Shown here piece after piece: positions 16,688 through 25,095 of a DNA stretch of 44,878 nucleotides. Numbering within the stretch: the stretch's first letter is position 1; each line of letters begins with the position of its first letter. This DNA comes from Desulfobacterales bacterium (lineage in GTDB: Bacteria; Desulfobacterota; Desulfobacteria; Desulfobacterales; JAHEIW01): NCBI GenBank assembly GCA_050122495.1, contig JASFIU010000001.1, forward strand, positions 1-44,878, read 5' to 3'. The position numbers and the translations under genes are program-made. The notes under the pieces were generated by a model that was not told the origin of the DNA, made no database searches, and saw only the letters and a program-made list of their open reading frames with translations.

Positions 16688-16835
16688 GGTTTCAGGTGTT
16701 CCCGCCGCGGCGGGATTCAGGTGTCAGGATTCAAAGATTAAGGAATTCAGGAATTGAGGGATTTAAGAATTAGAATGATAGAATGCCTTCAATTCCTTTA
16801 TTCCTGAATTTATCTGACACCTGACACCTGAAACC
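16688..16835. repeat. CAGGTGT-heptamer hairpin element with conserved 52-nt core
   Basis: The left arm GGTTTCAGGTGT / TTCAGGTGTCAGG (16688-16728) is interrupted by a perfect 16-nt palindrome, TCCCGCCGCGGCGGGA (16700-16715). The right arm is CTGACAC CTGACAC CTGAAAC C (16814-16835). The core 16759-16810 matches 28725-28776 at about 45 of 52 positions by manual alignment. Confidence 0.8.
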
Positions 16836-16933
16836 TGCTATCGAAAATTACCCATGGAAATCTACATTGGGTATCCACACAAACAATCACTGTTATAGAA
16901 CTTAATCCAACATCCAATCAGGAGGGCTCCGTT

Positions 16934-17869
16934 ATGAAATTTGCCATACTGGGAACCGGCGTGATGGGCTGCGGATGGATTACCCAGTGCGCCATGAGCG
17001 GGCACAATGTCCACTGTTTTGATTCCAATGCCGCATCGGTGGCTGCCGTGACCGCAAATTGCGAAACACTGGCTGAAAAAGCGGCTCACAAATTTAAAAT
17101 CGATGACCCGGACTTCGGGATTAAAACAGCGCAAAAGATAAAAACCTATGAAAAAAAAGAAGATTTCATTGATGCAGCCAAAAGCTGCGATATTTTCTTT
17201 GAGGTCATCTTTGAGGATCTGGATCTCAAATGCGCGGTTCTGGCCGAAATCTTACCCCAGCTACCCCCAGATGTCTATTTCTGGTCCAATACCAGCAGTC
17301 TGGATATCGATATTTTGGCGAATGCCGGCGGCCGGCCCGCACGATCAATTGTGGCTCATGGCATGAATCCGGTGCCATTAATGCCCGGCGTTGAAATCGT
17401 GCCGGCCGCCCGAACATCGTCAGAAACGCTGGAATTTACCCGCAACGCACTGCTGGATATGAAAAAAGCACCGTTCCTGGCGCCTAACATTCCCGGCTTC
17501 TGGGTTAACCGGCTTCTTTTTCCGCAAATGCTGGATGCCATCCGCCTGCTTGAATTAGGAGAAATACAGGTTGAGGACGGGGATCTGGGCTTGACGACCT
17601 GTCTGGGCCATCCCCAGGGTGCCTTCAAATTATACGATTTTGCCAGCACACCCACCATTTTGAGAGTCGCCCTTGAAATGTACAAGGCCTCCAACGATCC
17701 ACGCTTCTATCCGCCCCTGATGCTGATGCGAATGGTAAAAAACGGCGATCACGGCGCCGGCAGCGGCAAAGGTTTCTATGATTGGAGCGATCCGCGCAAT
17801 CCCAGACCACGCAAGTTGTCCGAATATATGATCGGAAATGCGGCAGATATGACTGAAAGGGTCAAATAG
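16934..17869 (+). CDS. 3-hydroxyacyl-CoA dehydrogenase family protein
   Basis: The N-terminal Rossmann motif is KFAILGTGVMGCGW. The 311-aa length and overall pattern match the 3-hydroxybutyryl-CoA dehydrogenase family. Confidence 0.78.
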   Translation: MKFAILGTGVMGCGWITQCAMSGHNVHCFDSNAASVAAVTANCETLAEKAAHKFKIDDPDFGIKTAQKIKTYEKKEDFIDAAKSCDIFFEVIFEDLDLKCAVLAEILPQLPPDVYFWSNTSSLDIDILANAGGRPARSIVAHGMNPVPLMPGVEIVPAARTSSETLEFTRNALLDMKKAPFLAPNIPGFWVNRLLFPQMLDAIRLLELGEIQVEDGDLGLTTCLGHPQGAFKLYDFASTPTILRVALEMYKASNDPRFYPPLMLMRMVKNGDHGAGSGKGFYDWSDPRNPRPRKLSEYMIGNAADMTERVK

Positions 17870-17933
17870 AAACGCTTTTTGTATTGAAGCATGTTTTGAT
17901 TTCGTGTATTTTGTCACCAAAGGAGACATCGAC

Positions 17934-18218
17934 ATGATCAAAATTCATATCAAAAGGAAGGTACCACCCGAAAAACGCGATGATTTGCTGGTATTAATTA
18001 ATCGATTGCGGGCACTGACCATGAGCCAGCCGGGATATATCGCCGGTGAAACTTTAAAGCGCTTGGATAAGCCCGGAGAAAGCCTGATTGTCTCCAAATG
18101 GCAATCAGCGGATTACTGGCAGCAATGGCTGGAAAGCCAGGAGCGCTTGACCATTCAGACCCAAATTGATGCGTTGCTGGGGGAAGAGACAAAATACGAA
18201 ATCTATGAATATGATTAA
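17934..18218 (+). CDS. Antibiotic-biosynthesis-monooxygenase (ABM) domain protein
   Basis: I prefer ATG 17934 (AAAGGAGA 5-6 nt upstream). The 94-aa protein has an ABM-like pattern: IAGETLKRLD...LIVSKWQSADYWQQW. Confidence 0.65.
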   Translation: MIKIHIKRKVPPEKRDDLLVLINRLRALTMSQPGYIAGETLKRLDKPGESLIVSKWQSADYWQQWLESQERLTIQTQIDALLGEETKYEIYEYD

Positions 18219-18240
18219 AGCTAACGGCTTTAATCATGGC

Positions 18241-19290
18241 CTAAACCACCCGTATATAAGGCCGCTCGGCAGGAACGATTTCACCCACCCTGACAGCGGT
18301 CTCGACCCCCTCGTTTTTTAACCGGGCGACCAGATCATCTGCCTGTGAATCGGGAACGGCGATTAACAGTCCCCCGGAGGTCTGGGGATCGAAGAGCAGG
18401 GCTTGTTCTTCAACGGATTTATCTGTACGCATCTCCCAGAATCCGGCGGCCAATTTTCGATTGGCCTTATTGCTGCCGGTCGTTTCACCCTTTTGGTACA
18501 TCATCAGGGCGTTCGCATAAAACGGGAGATTGTCGTAGAAAAGGTCTACCTGAACATGACTTCCCCGGGCCATCTCGAGCGCATGGCCCAATATGCCAAA
18601 TCCGGTCACATCGGTGCTGGCGTGAACGTCAAATTTTAACGACACTTCCATTGCCTTGCGGTTAAGGCCGGCGATTTGCGGCAAGATTGCTTCCAATTCC
18701 GGGTAGGCCAGTTTGCCAGAGCGGTTGGCGTTAAAAAGCACCCCCGTTCCCAGAGGCTTGGTGAGAATCAGGGCGTCACCCGCCTGAGCGCCGCTGTTGG
18801 TCAAAATACGATCCGGGTGCACGCTGCCGGTAACCGCCAGGCCGTACTTGGGCTCATTGTCATCAACCGAATGCCCGCCGGCCATCGATGCATCCGCCTC
18901 CCGCACCTTGTCACTGCCGCCCCGTAAGATTTCCCTTAAAAATCCCATGTCCAATTTTTTCGACGGAAACATCACCAGATTTAAGGCCGTCAGTGGATTG
19001 CCGCCCATGGCATACACATCCGAAAGAGAGTTGGCGGCCGCTATCTGGCCGAACCAGTAAGGATCATTCACCGGTGGTGTGATATAGTCAACCGTACTGA
19101 TCAGGGCGATTTCGGGCGCAACTCGATACACGGCAGCATCATCATTGGTATCATAGCCTACCAGCAAGTCGGGATCGTTGGGGGTCTCCAGTCCCTTAAG
19201 CACTTCCGACAGCTCCGTCGGACCGATTTTGGCCGCTCACCCGCAGGTACGCGACAATCCCATCAAGGTTTTTTTCTTTCTGAAAAACAT
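18241..19290 (-). CDS. selD: Selenide, water dikinase (selenophosphate synthetase), selenocysteine-containing
   Basis: The track ORF (18241-19203) lacks the N-terminus. Reading on through the in-frame TGA at 19239-19237 gives MFFRKKKTLMGLSRTCGUAAKIGPTELSEVLKGL. U sits 3 residues before the conserved Lys, the position of the catalytic Cys/Sec. The ATG at 19290 is preceded by AGGGGA. Confidence 0.85.
19205..19222 (-). promoter_or_regulatory. Candidate bacterial SECIS hairpin downstream of the selD UGA
   Basis: The mRNA reads UCCGAC-GGAGCU-GUCGGA, a 6-bp stem with a 6-nt loop. It starts 14 nt after the UGA codon. Confidence 0.4.
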
Positions 19291-19479
19291 AATTTTCCCC
19301 TAAAATTTTAACTCATTCAGAACAATTTATGCCCAAATTATATCCCGCAACCAAATGTAAAATGGTCACGGGCATAATTCAAATATAAAATATCGATAAT
19401 CTATTTATCTTGAATAGAAAATATCTCTGTTCCTTCGTCTGCAGATCCATTTTATGGCTTAATCTTTTTTAACGTGCGC

Positions 19480-21384
19480 TTAGCCATCTAATTTAGCTTC
19501 GACCCACTCCAAACCCAGTTCCAAAAGTTTACCCCGATGGGGCCGACCCGTTTCCGGATCGCAACCGATCATGTCGTAGTACTGACGGATCGCTTCGTTA
19601 AAATCTTCTTCTTTGAAGATGCGTTCACCCGCATTGGCGCCGTCGGGTTTCGGTTCGAATAAACGGGGTGGCAAGCGATCATGGTTTGCGCCAATCCCTT
19701 CACGGCTATTAAAAGCGCGTGCAATCATGGTGCCGCGCTCGCCGGCCCGCATCAATTCAAACAGGCTGGCCTCCCAACCGGTAATGGCGGTGAGGCACTT
19801 GACCATCGTATTGATGGGCATCACACTCCGGGGGGCATAGCCAAACACGCATAGCCCAAGCGCATCCAACGTGCGCCAGAAGTTTTCCAGTATCTTATAG
19901 TTGCGCACCTTTTGAGCACTAATCTCGGTTGCCGGCATCGGTTCATAAATTCCCAAGGGCTTGACGGAGTTTAGCGCGAATGATTTTTCATCGACAAATG
20001 CATTATCATGGGCAGCCGTCATATGGTCCGCACCGTATGGGCTGACTGCAAAGCCTATCCCCACCCCGACTTTCACCCGGGGGTCATGCATGGAAACTTC
20101 CTGGCCCTTGACTGCAAGATGACAGGGCATTTCGGCAACGCCCCATTTTTTTGCCAGGCGCGTCGTCCCTTCGGCCAGAAGATCACCGAATCCTTCCCGC
20201 CGCGCAATCATTTCCAACAATTGGATCATTAAATCGGCATCCCCGAAGCGCAGCTCTAACCCATCGGTATCGGCCTTGGTTATAATTCCTTCCTGGAAGC
20301 ATTCGCAGGCAAACGCAATGGTCATGCCGGTTGAAATGGTATCCAGGCAATAGCGATTGCAGATCTCGTTGCCCTTGGCAATTGCTTTTAAGTCCACAAT
20401 ATTAAGATTGGTGCCCAGCGCTGCCATGGTCTCATATTCTGGCCCGCCGTAACGAGAATCAACGCCATATTTGGGATCCTTCAGAGCGACGCCCCGTTTA
20501 CAGCGAATGGGACAGGCAAAGCAGCCCCTTCTTTTTTGGAGAAGCATCTCATTATAGGCATCCCCGCTGACCGAAGTGGCGTCAGCCAGCTGGCTCCGCC
20601 GAAAATTGTCCACCGGCAGGGCTCCGGCAGCAGACAGAATCTCCACAAATGCGGTGGTACCGTAAACATACAGTGCTTCCCCGGCAGGGTTATTCTTGAA
20701 TGTTGCCGCATAATGCTGGGCGGTCTCACGCAAAAATGCCGGATCATGCATCTCCAGTTTTTCGGTGCCCAGGGCTGCAACAGCACGAACATTTTTTGAT
20801 CCCATCAGCGCTCCAAAACCGCAGCGTCCATTGAAATGACCCAGGTTGTTGGTGATGTTGGCAAATCGAACCCGGTTCATTCCGGCCAAACCGGTTTGTG
20901 CGACGCGGATTTTTTTGCTTCCCATTTCATCCCGGATGGCATCTTCCACCTCGCGGGCGCCCAGCTCTGCCAATTGGGTTGCCGATTTTAGCCGGGCTTT
21001 GCCTTCATGAACCCACAGATACACTGGTTTTTCGGCCTGGCCTTTAAATACAATCGCATCAAAACCGGCCATTTTCAGTTCAGGGCCAAAGAAACCGGCG
21101 GCTTCAGATTCACCGGATGTTCCGGTAAGCGGCGATTTGCCCACAGCGGCAAAACGGCAAGCTGCCGGTATCGGCGCGCCGGTCATGACCCCGGTCGCCA
21201 AAACCAAAATGTTCTCCGGCGAAAATGGATCCGTTTGGGCCGGCACCTCCTGCATCAAATAATGATAGCCTATGCCACGCCCACCCAGATAGGACCGATA
21301 AAAAGCCTCGTCCTTTTCCTCAACTTCAACTTTTTGATTGCTCAAATCGACGCGCAATATTTTCCCGGTATATCCATATGGCAT
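19480..21384 (-). CDS. Aldehyde:ferredoxin oxidoreductase family (tungstopterin enzyme)
   Basis: The N-terminus YTGKILRVDLS..YLGGRGIGYHYL is typical of AOR. The [4Fe-4S] Cys motif is RGCFACPIRC. The length is 634 aa. Confidence 0.92.
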   Translation of the reverse strand: MPYGYTGKILRVDLSNQKVEVEEKDEAFYRSYLGGRGIGYHYLMQEVPAQTDPFSPENILVLATGVMTGAPIPAACRFAAVGKSPLTGTSGESEAAGFFGPELKMAGFDAIVFKGQAEKPVYLWVHEGKARLKSATQLAELGAREVEDAIRDEMGSKKIRVAQTGLAGMNRVRFANITNNLGHFNGRCGFGALMGSKNVRAVAALGTEKLEMHDPAFLRETAQHYAATFKNNPAGEALYVYGTTAFVEILSAAGALPVDNFRRSQLADATSVSGDAYNEMLLQKRRGCFACPIRCKRGVALKDPKYGVDSRYGGPEYETMAALGTNLNIVDLKAIAKGNEICNRYCLDTISTGMTIAFACECFQEGIITKADTDGLELRFGDADLMIQLLEMIARREGFGDLLAEGTTRLAKKWGVAEMPCHLAVKGQEVSMHDPRVKVGVGIGFAVSPYGADHMTAAHDNAFVDEKSFALNSVKPLGIYEPMPATEISAQKVRNYKILENFWRTLDALGLCVFGYAPRSVMPINTMVKCLTAITGWEASLFELMRAGERGTMIARAFNSREGIGANHDRLPPRLFEPKPDGANAGERIFKEEDFNEAIRQYYDMIGCDPETGRPHRGKLLELGLEWVEAKLDG

Positions 21385-21698
21385 CTGTTTTCCTCCCCTG
21401 TTTGTGGTTGAATATTTCCGCCATCAAATCGTATCCGGACTATAAATTAAAGCGCTGTTTATGTCAAAATAAGTTGCTAACGTATCGCCCTCCCGAAAAC
21501 GTTGTTGCAGATACCTTGAAAGGTCATATTTACAGCTTATTTTATTGCGTGCGATCAAGAGATGGAAGTAAAGCAAATCGAATGGCCAGGAGAGTTTAAT
21601 GGGGAAAAACTCCCCGACCCCTCGAATATCTGGCATCGGGTATCGTAGATTCGTAATGGATTCCCGATAATTGCGAAACAGCGTACAGGAAAAATAAA

Positions 21699-21890
21699 AT
21701 GAAACCGGATTTAAAAAGTTTAGAAGATCGGCTGGACGAATTGGATGCAAAAATAGCAGAAGTCAAAAAGCGAATGCCGGCGCACTCAATCAAACCGCCG
21801 ATAATGATGGAGCTGTTTGAGCTCGAGGATGAAAGGAACCTGGTTGAAAAGCAAATTGTCCAGCTAGGGGAAAAACGGACTAAGACGTAA
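21699..21890 (+). CDS. Small charged, predicted coiled-coil protein (63 aa), function unknown
   Basis: The ATG ORF has a heptad-like pattern, LKSLEDRLDELDAKIAEVKK ... ELFELEDERNLVEKQIVQL. The RBS is weak (AGGAAAA). Confidence 0.45.
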   Translation: MKPDLKSLEDRLDELDAKIAEVKKRMPAHSIKPPIMMELFELEDERNLVEKQIVQLGEKRTKT

Positions 21891-21900
21891 ACTTGAGTGC

Positions 21901-22077
21901 GGGCGGGCCTGTCCGCCGTCTTGCCCGGCGTAGTCTTGACGAAGACGGAAGCTCGATAGGGCGAAGCCGGACCTGCCGCGGCGACTTGTCCGGCGAAGTT
22001 TTAACGAAGACGGAAGCTCGCCAGAGCGCCTGTCCTCCGAAGCATTCGAATGCGAAGGATGGAAAGACGGGCCTGCC
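21901..22077. repeat. GC-rich imperfect tandem repeat (about 65-bp period, 2 clear units plus a degenerate third)
   Basis: A 17-nt perfect direct repeat, ACGAAGACGGAAGCTCG, occurs at 21939-21955 and 22004-22020. It extends to about 31 nt (CCGGCG.AGT.TT.ACGAAGACGGAAGCTCG) with a few mismatches. A third unit, GAAAGACGGGCCTG, is at 22062-22075. Confidence 0.65.
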
Positions 22078-22102
22078 AAAAAAATTTCTGGAGGAGTAGA
22101 AG

Positions 22103-22288
22103 TTGGATCGTTGTATAAAACATCCGGATCGGGAAACTGCCTATGAATGCCTGAAGCACCAGGTTTACATGTGCCCGGACTGTCTGGACTGCCGCGATCC
22201 GGAAATATACTGTAAATTCCGGGAGTCGTGCACGATCTGGTTTTTGACAAAGAAAAACTTTGACGATGATGCAACGGACAAAAACTGA
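22103..22288 (+). CDS. Small Cys-rich (zinc-finger-like) protein, 61 aa
   Basis: The TTG start lies 6 nt after a strong GGAGGAG (22090-22096). There are 7 Cys and 2 His in the first 43 residues (CIKH..C..C..CPDCLDC..C..C). Confidence 0.5.
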   Translation: MDRCIKHPDRETAYECLKHQVYMCPDCLDCRDPEIYCKFRESCTIWFLTKKNFDDDATDKN

Positions 22289-22467
22289 GCAAAGCCCTTG
22301 TTGGATATTAAACCCTTCGTCCCGGATTTTGAGGTTCGGGGGGAAATAACGCTCGGGGGGCTGAAAGAAAAATCTGAAAATGCATCCACGACGCTAGCGG
22401 ACGGCAGATTCAATGATTAAACCGGGCTAACCCAATCGCTTTGTTTCAAAAGCACAGAAGGATAATA

Positions 22468-23310
22468 TTACCGCGTCCCGGCCTGGGATACGGTTTGAGC
22501 GACATCAATGAATGCCTTGGTGACAGCCGACTGTACGTGAACTTCCTGGTAGCAGGCTCCCGAGTCTCCACAGGCCACAACGTTGGGATCAAACGGTATT
22601 CTCCCCAGAAAGCGAACGCCCATTTCTTTGGCGGTTCTTTCACCGCCGCCGGCCCCGAAGAGATCGATCAGTTCACCGCAATGCGGGCAATTTAAGCCAC
22701 TCATATTTTCGATCAGCCCGAAGATATCCATCTTGACCGTCTTGCAGAAATTAATCGACTTACGTACATCCGCCAGGGCCACTTCCTGAGGTGTGGTCAC
22801 GATAATGGCTTTTGCGTCGGGGATCATTTGGGCGACCGTCAGCGGTTCATCGCCCGTACCGGGGGGAGAATCAATGACCAAAAAATCAAGCTCGCCCCAT
22901 TCAACGTCCCCAATAAATTGCCGAATGGCAGCATATTTTAAAGGGCCGCGCCATATGATGGCATCGTCTTTGCCGGGGGTAAATGATTCGATCGATATGG
23001 CATTGAGATTATCCGTGTATTTTAACGGTCGCAGTTTTTGATTTGGGGTCAGCTCCGGCATGCCATTTATCCCCAGCATCCGCGGAACATCCGGACCGTG
23101 CAGGTCAACGTCCATAATCCCAACCTGATGACCGCTGTTGGCTAAAGCAATCGAGAGATTGACAGAGGTACTTGTTTTGCCAACGCCACCTTTACCGCTC
23201 ATGACGATGATTTTATTTTTTATCTTGTCCAATGATTTTTTTACCGCTGCATCCTTTTCAGCATTTTCCTTTTGGGGATCCGGCGGCATGTTACCTTGAA
23301 TTTGAACCAT
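22468..23310 (-). CDS. Mrp/NBP35/ApbC-family Fe-S cluster carrier ATPase
   Basis: The deviant Walker A is SGKGGVGKTS. The CPHCG motif is present. The length is 280 aa. Confidence 0.9.
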   Translation of the reverse strand: MVQIQGNMPPDPQKENAEKDAAVKKSLDKIKNKIIVMSGKGGVGKTSTSVNLSIALANSGHQVGIMDVDLHGPDVPRMLGINGMPELTPNQKLRPLKYTDNLNAISIESFTPGKDDAIIWRGPLKYAAIRQFIGDVEWGELDFLVIDSPPGTGDEPLTVAQMIPDAKAIIVTTPQEVALADVRKSINFCKTVKMDIFGLIENMSGLNCPHCGELIDLFGAGGGERTAKEMGVRFLGRIPFDPNVVACGDSGACYQEVHVQSAVTKAFIDVAQTVSQAGTR

Positions 23311-23625
23311 TTTAATCTTTTCTCCTGTTGATATGGATCGCGTATCAGTTTATCTGGGCTTCGGTAATTGTTTTACAGGTGCGTTTGAACATTCGTCCTA
23401 TGAGAATATACCCAAGAAAAATAAGAGCTTACTTGTTAGTTGTCAAGTTTATTGGATATGGATAATCAGGCGCACCAGCAGACAAAACCGACCGGTTTAA
23501 ATTTATTGCGCCTGTCAATTTTTGTATGAAAATGCCAATTTTTGCCAAGTTTTGTCGGGGCTGGATCAGGCCAAAATTCACCCTAACTATTTAAAATATA
23601 TACTGATAATTAAATAACTGGTGGC

Positions 23626-23641
23626 TGGTCTGATATTTGCG
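23626..23641 (+). promoter_or_regulatory. Candidate sigma54 (-24/-12) promoter upstream of the pilin-like gene
   Basis: TGGTCTGatatTTGCg has GG and GC at the canonical 12-nt offset. It lies about 100 nt upstream of ATG 23743. A palindrome and phased repeats lie further upstream (23467-23554). Confidence 0.4.
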
Positions 23642-23742
23642 TATTTTCAAAAGGCGTATACCTTCGAAATAATATATCTATCTGATTTAATGTAGTATTT
23701 ATATATAAAAGAACCTAAGGCTGGTTTCATTAAAAGAGAACG

Positions 23743-24234
23743 ATGGCTTCGACACCCAATAATAACTGTGGTTTTACCTTAATCGAATTAATGATAGTGA
23801 TCGCCATTATCGCTATTCTGGCGGCTATCGCCATTCCGAATTTTATAAAACATCGAGAAAAGGCTAAAATTGCGGACGCCAAAGCTGAATTAAAAACCAT
23901 CCAATTTATTATCATGGATTTTGCGTTAGATACCGGCCTGTGGCCAGGCGGCAGTGTTGCAGGCGTTCATAAAGCCCAGGGGGCCGGCGCTGAATATGAG
24001 GATCTGAGCATACCTGCCATGGGGCTGACGGCAACCGATGGAACCTACCCCAATTGGCGGGGACCGTATTATGATGGGCCCTTCCGGGATGCCTGGGGGA
24101 ATAATTATTTTTTTGACGAAGATTATGATTTAAACGGTACAACTGTAGCAGCAATCGGGTCATATGGGCCCAACGGTGAGGGGCTAAACCAATATGACGA
24201 TGATGATATTGTTTTGATAATACCTACGGACTAA
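23743..24234 (+). CDS. Type II secretion pseudopilin GspG-like / type IV pilin-like protein
   Basis: The prepilin leader and cleavage/methylation motif is MASTPNNNCG|FTLIELMIVIAIIAILAAIAIPNF. The C-terminus is GspG-like (NWRGPYY...RDAWGNNYFF...GPNGEG). No other T2SS or T4P genes are in the window. Confidence 0.85.
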   Translation: MASTPNNNCGFTLIELMIVIAIIAILAAIAIPNFIKHREKAKIADAKAELKTIQFIIMDFALDTGLWPGGSVAGVHKAQGAGAEYEDLSIPAMGLTATDGTYPNWRGPYYDGPFRDAWGNNYFFDEDYDLNGTTVAAIGSYGPNGEGLNQYDDDDIVLIIPTD

Positions 24235-24321
24235 ATATGATACGCTAATTTATAATGCGCGGATTATAAAACAGCCGCCCTGATCTATGAAGTTTATTGT
24301 GTACGTCCTCCCTTTGATGCA

Positions 24322-24720
24322 TTAGGTTTTGCTGTTAATCAACGTTATTTGATCGTTCAAGGTCCAAAAATCATAAATCCAACCGATAAGAAAAAACCCG
24401 CCGGTCAGAAGGTATAGTATTCCGGTTATCCATTTTCCCATATACATCCGATGGATTCCGAGGGGGCCTAAAAATGTCAACAATATCCAGGCGACATTAT
24501 AGTTAATTGCCCCGGTTTTAAAGCGCAGATCCGCTTTGCGATCCATAGAGGGGATTAAAAATAAATCGATGATCCAGCCGATAAAAAGCAACCCTGCGGT
24601 GAAAAAATAAATGGTTCCCAAGAGCGGATAGCCGTAATAAAAACGATGGGATCCGGTGAAACCAAACAGCCATAATATATAACCGATTGATTTACGGTGC
24701 GTATCTTCAGTCGTGTTCAA
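24322..24720 (-). CDS. TM2-domain membrane protein (two TM2 repeats)
   Basis: It has two copies of the TM2 pattern (GSHRFYYG...GWIIDLF and GIHRMYMG...GWIYDFW). Confidence 0.8.
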   Translation of the reverse strand: MNTTEDTHRKSIGYILWLFGFTGSHRFYYGYPLLGTIYFFTAGLLFIGWIIDLFLIPSMDRKADLRFKTGAINYNVAWILLTFLGPLGIHRMYMGKWITGILYLLTGGFFLIGWIYDFWTLNDQITLINSKT

Positions 24721-25094
24721 AATTGACCTCCTTTCGGCTTTTTGATGAAAAAAACATAAGCATACATGATCAGATTCACTCCGATGACGACGCCGCCCAA
24801 GATAAATTGAACTTTACGGGTAAGGCCGGATGGATAGAGGATCGGCATGAGGTAATGGCCGACAAAGTCTGTGCTATAACCGGATCCACCACCTCTCAAT
24901 CGCAACCAGTTCTCCAGTGGCGTCAGCGGGCAGATCTTTCCTGAAAATTCAATCCAGGCTGCCCACACAGCCGCCGGAAGATGGAGCCAGATAACTTTGC
25001 GCCACCGGATAGTCAGCAGCGCCCCCAGCACCGCAAACAGCACAAATGCCAAATGAATTAAAACCACTACATCGGCAAGTAAAAGATAGGGCAT
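24717..25094 (-). CDS. DUF2784-like small membrane protein
   Basis: I prefer ATG 25094 (MPYLLLADVVVLIHLAF...). The conserved-looking CPLTPLENWLR motif is present. It overlaps the TM2 gene start by 4 nt. Confidence 0.65.
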   Translation of the reverse strand: MPYLLLADVVVLIHLAFVLFAVLGALLTIRWRKVIWLHLPAAVWAAWIEFSGKICPLTPLENWLRLRGGGSGYSTDFVGHYLMPILYPSGLTRKVQFILGGVVIGVNLIMYAYVFFIKKPKGGQF

Positions 25095-25095
25095 G

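Noticed and set aside
21385-21600. A Moco/Tuco riboswitch or sigma54 promoter in the AOR 5' region.
   Set aside because: I could not recognise the conserved Moco-motif core by eye. The only TGGCAT-N5 candidate (about 21631-21647, plus strand) has ATCG instead of TTGC at -12 and faces the wrong gene. It needs cmscan, so I make no claim.
21864-22292. Long ORFs across the GC-rich tandem repeat (142 aa on the minus strand at 21864-22292, 68 aa on the plus strand at 21893-22099).
   Set aside because: Both run through the ~65-bp tandem repeat and are low-complexity Arg/Ser/Gly-rich. They overlap each other and the better-supported Cys-rich ORF. They have no RBS or motif. I treat them as artefacts of GC-rich repeat DNA.
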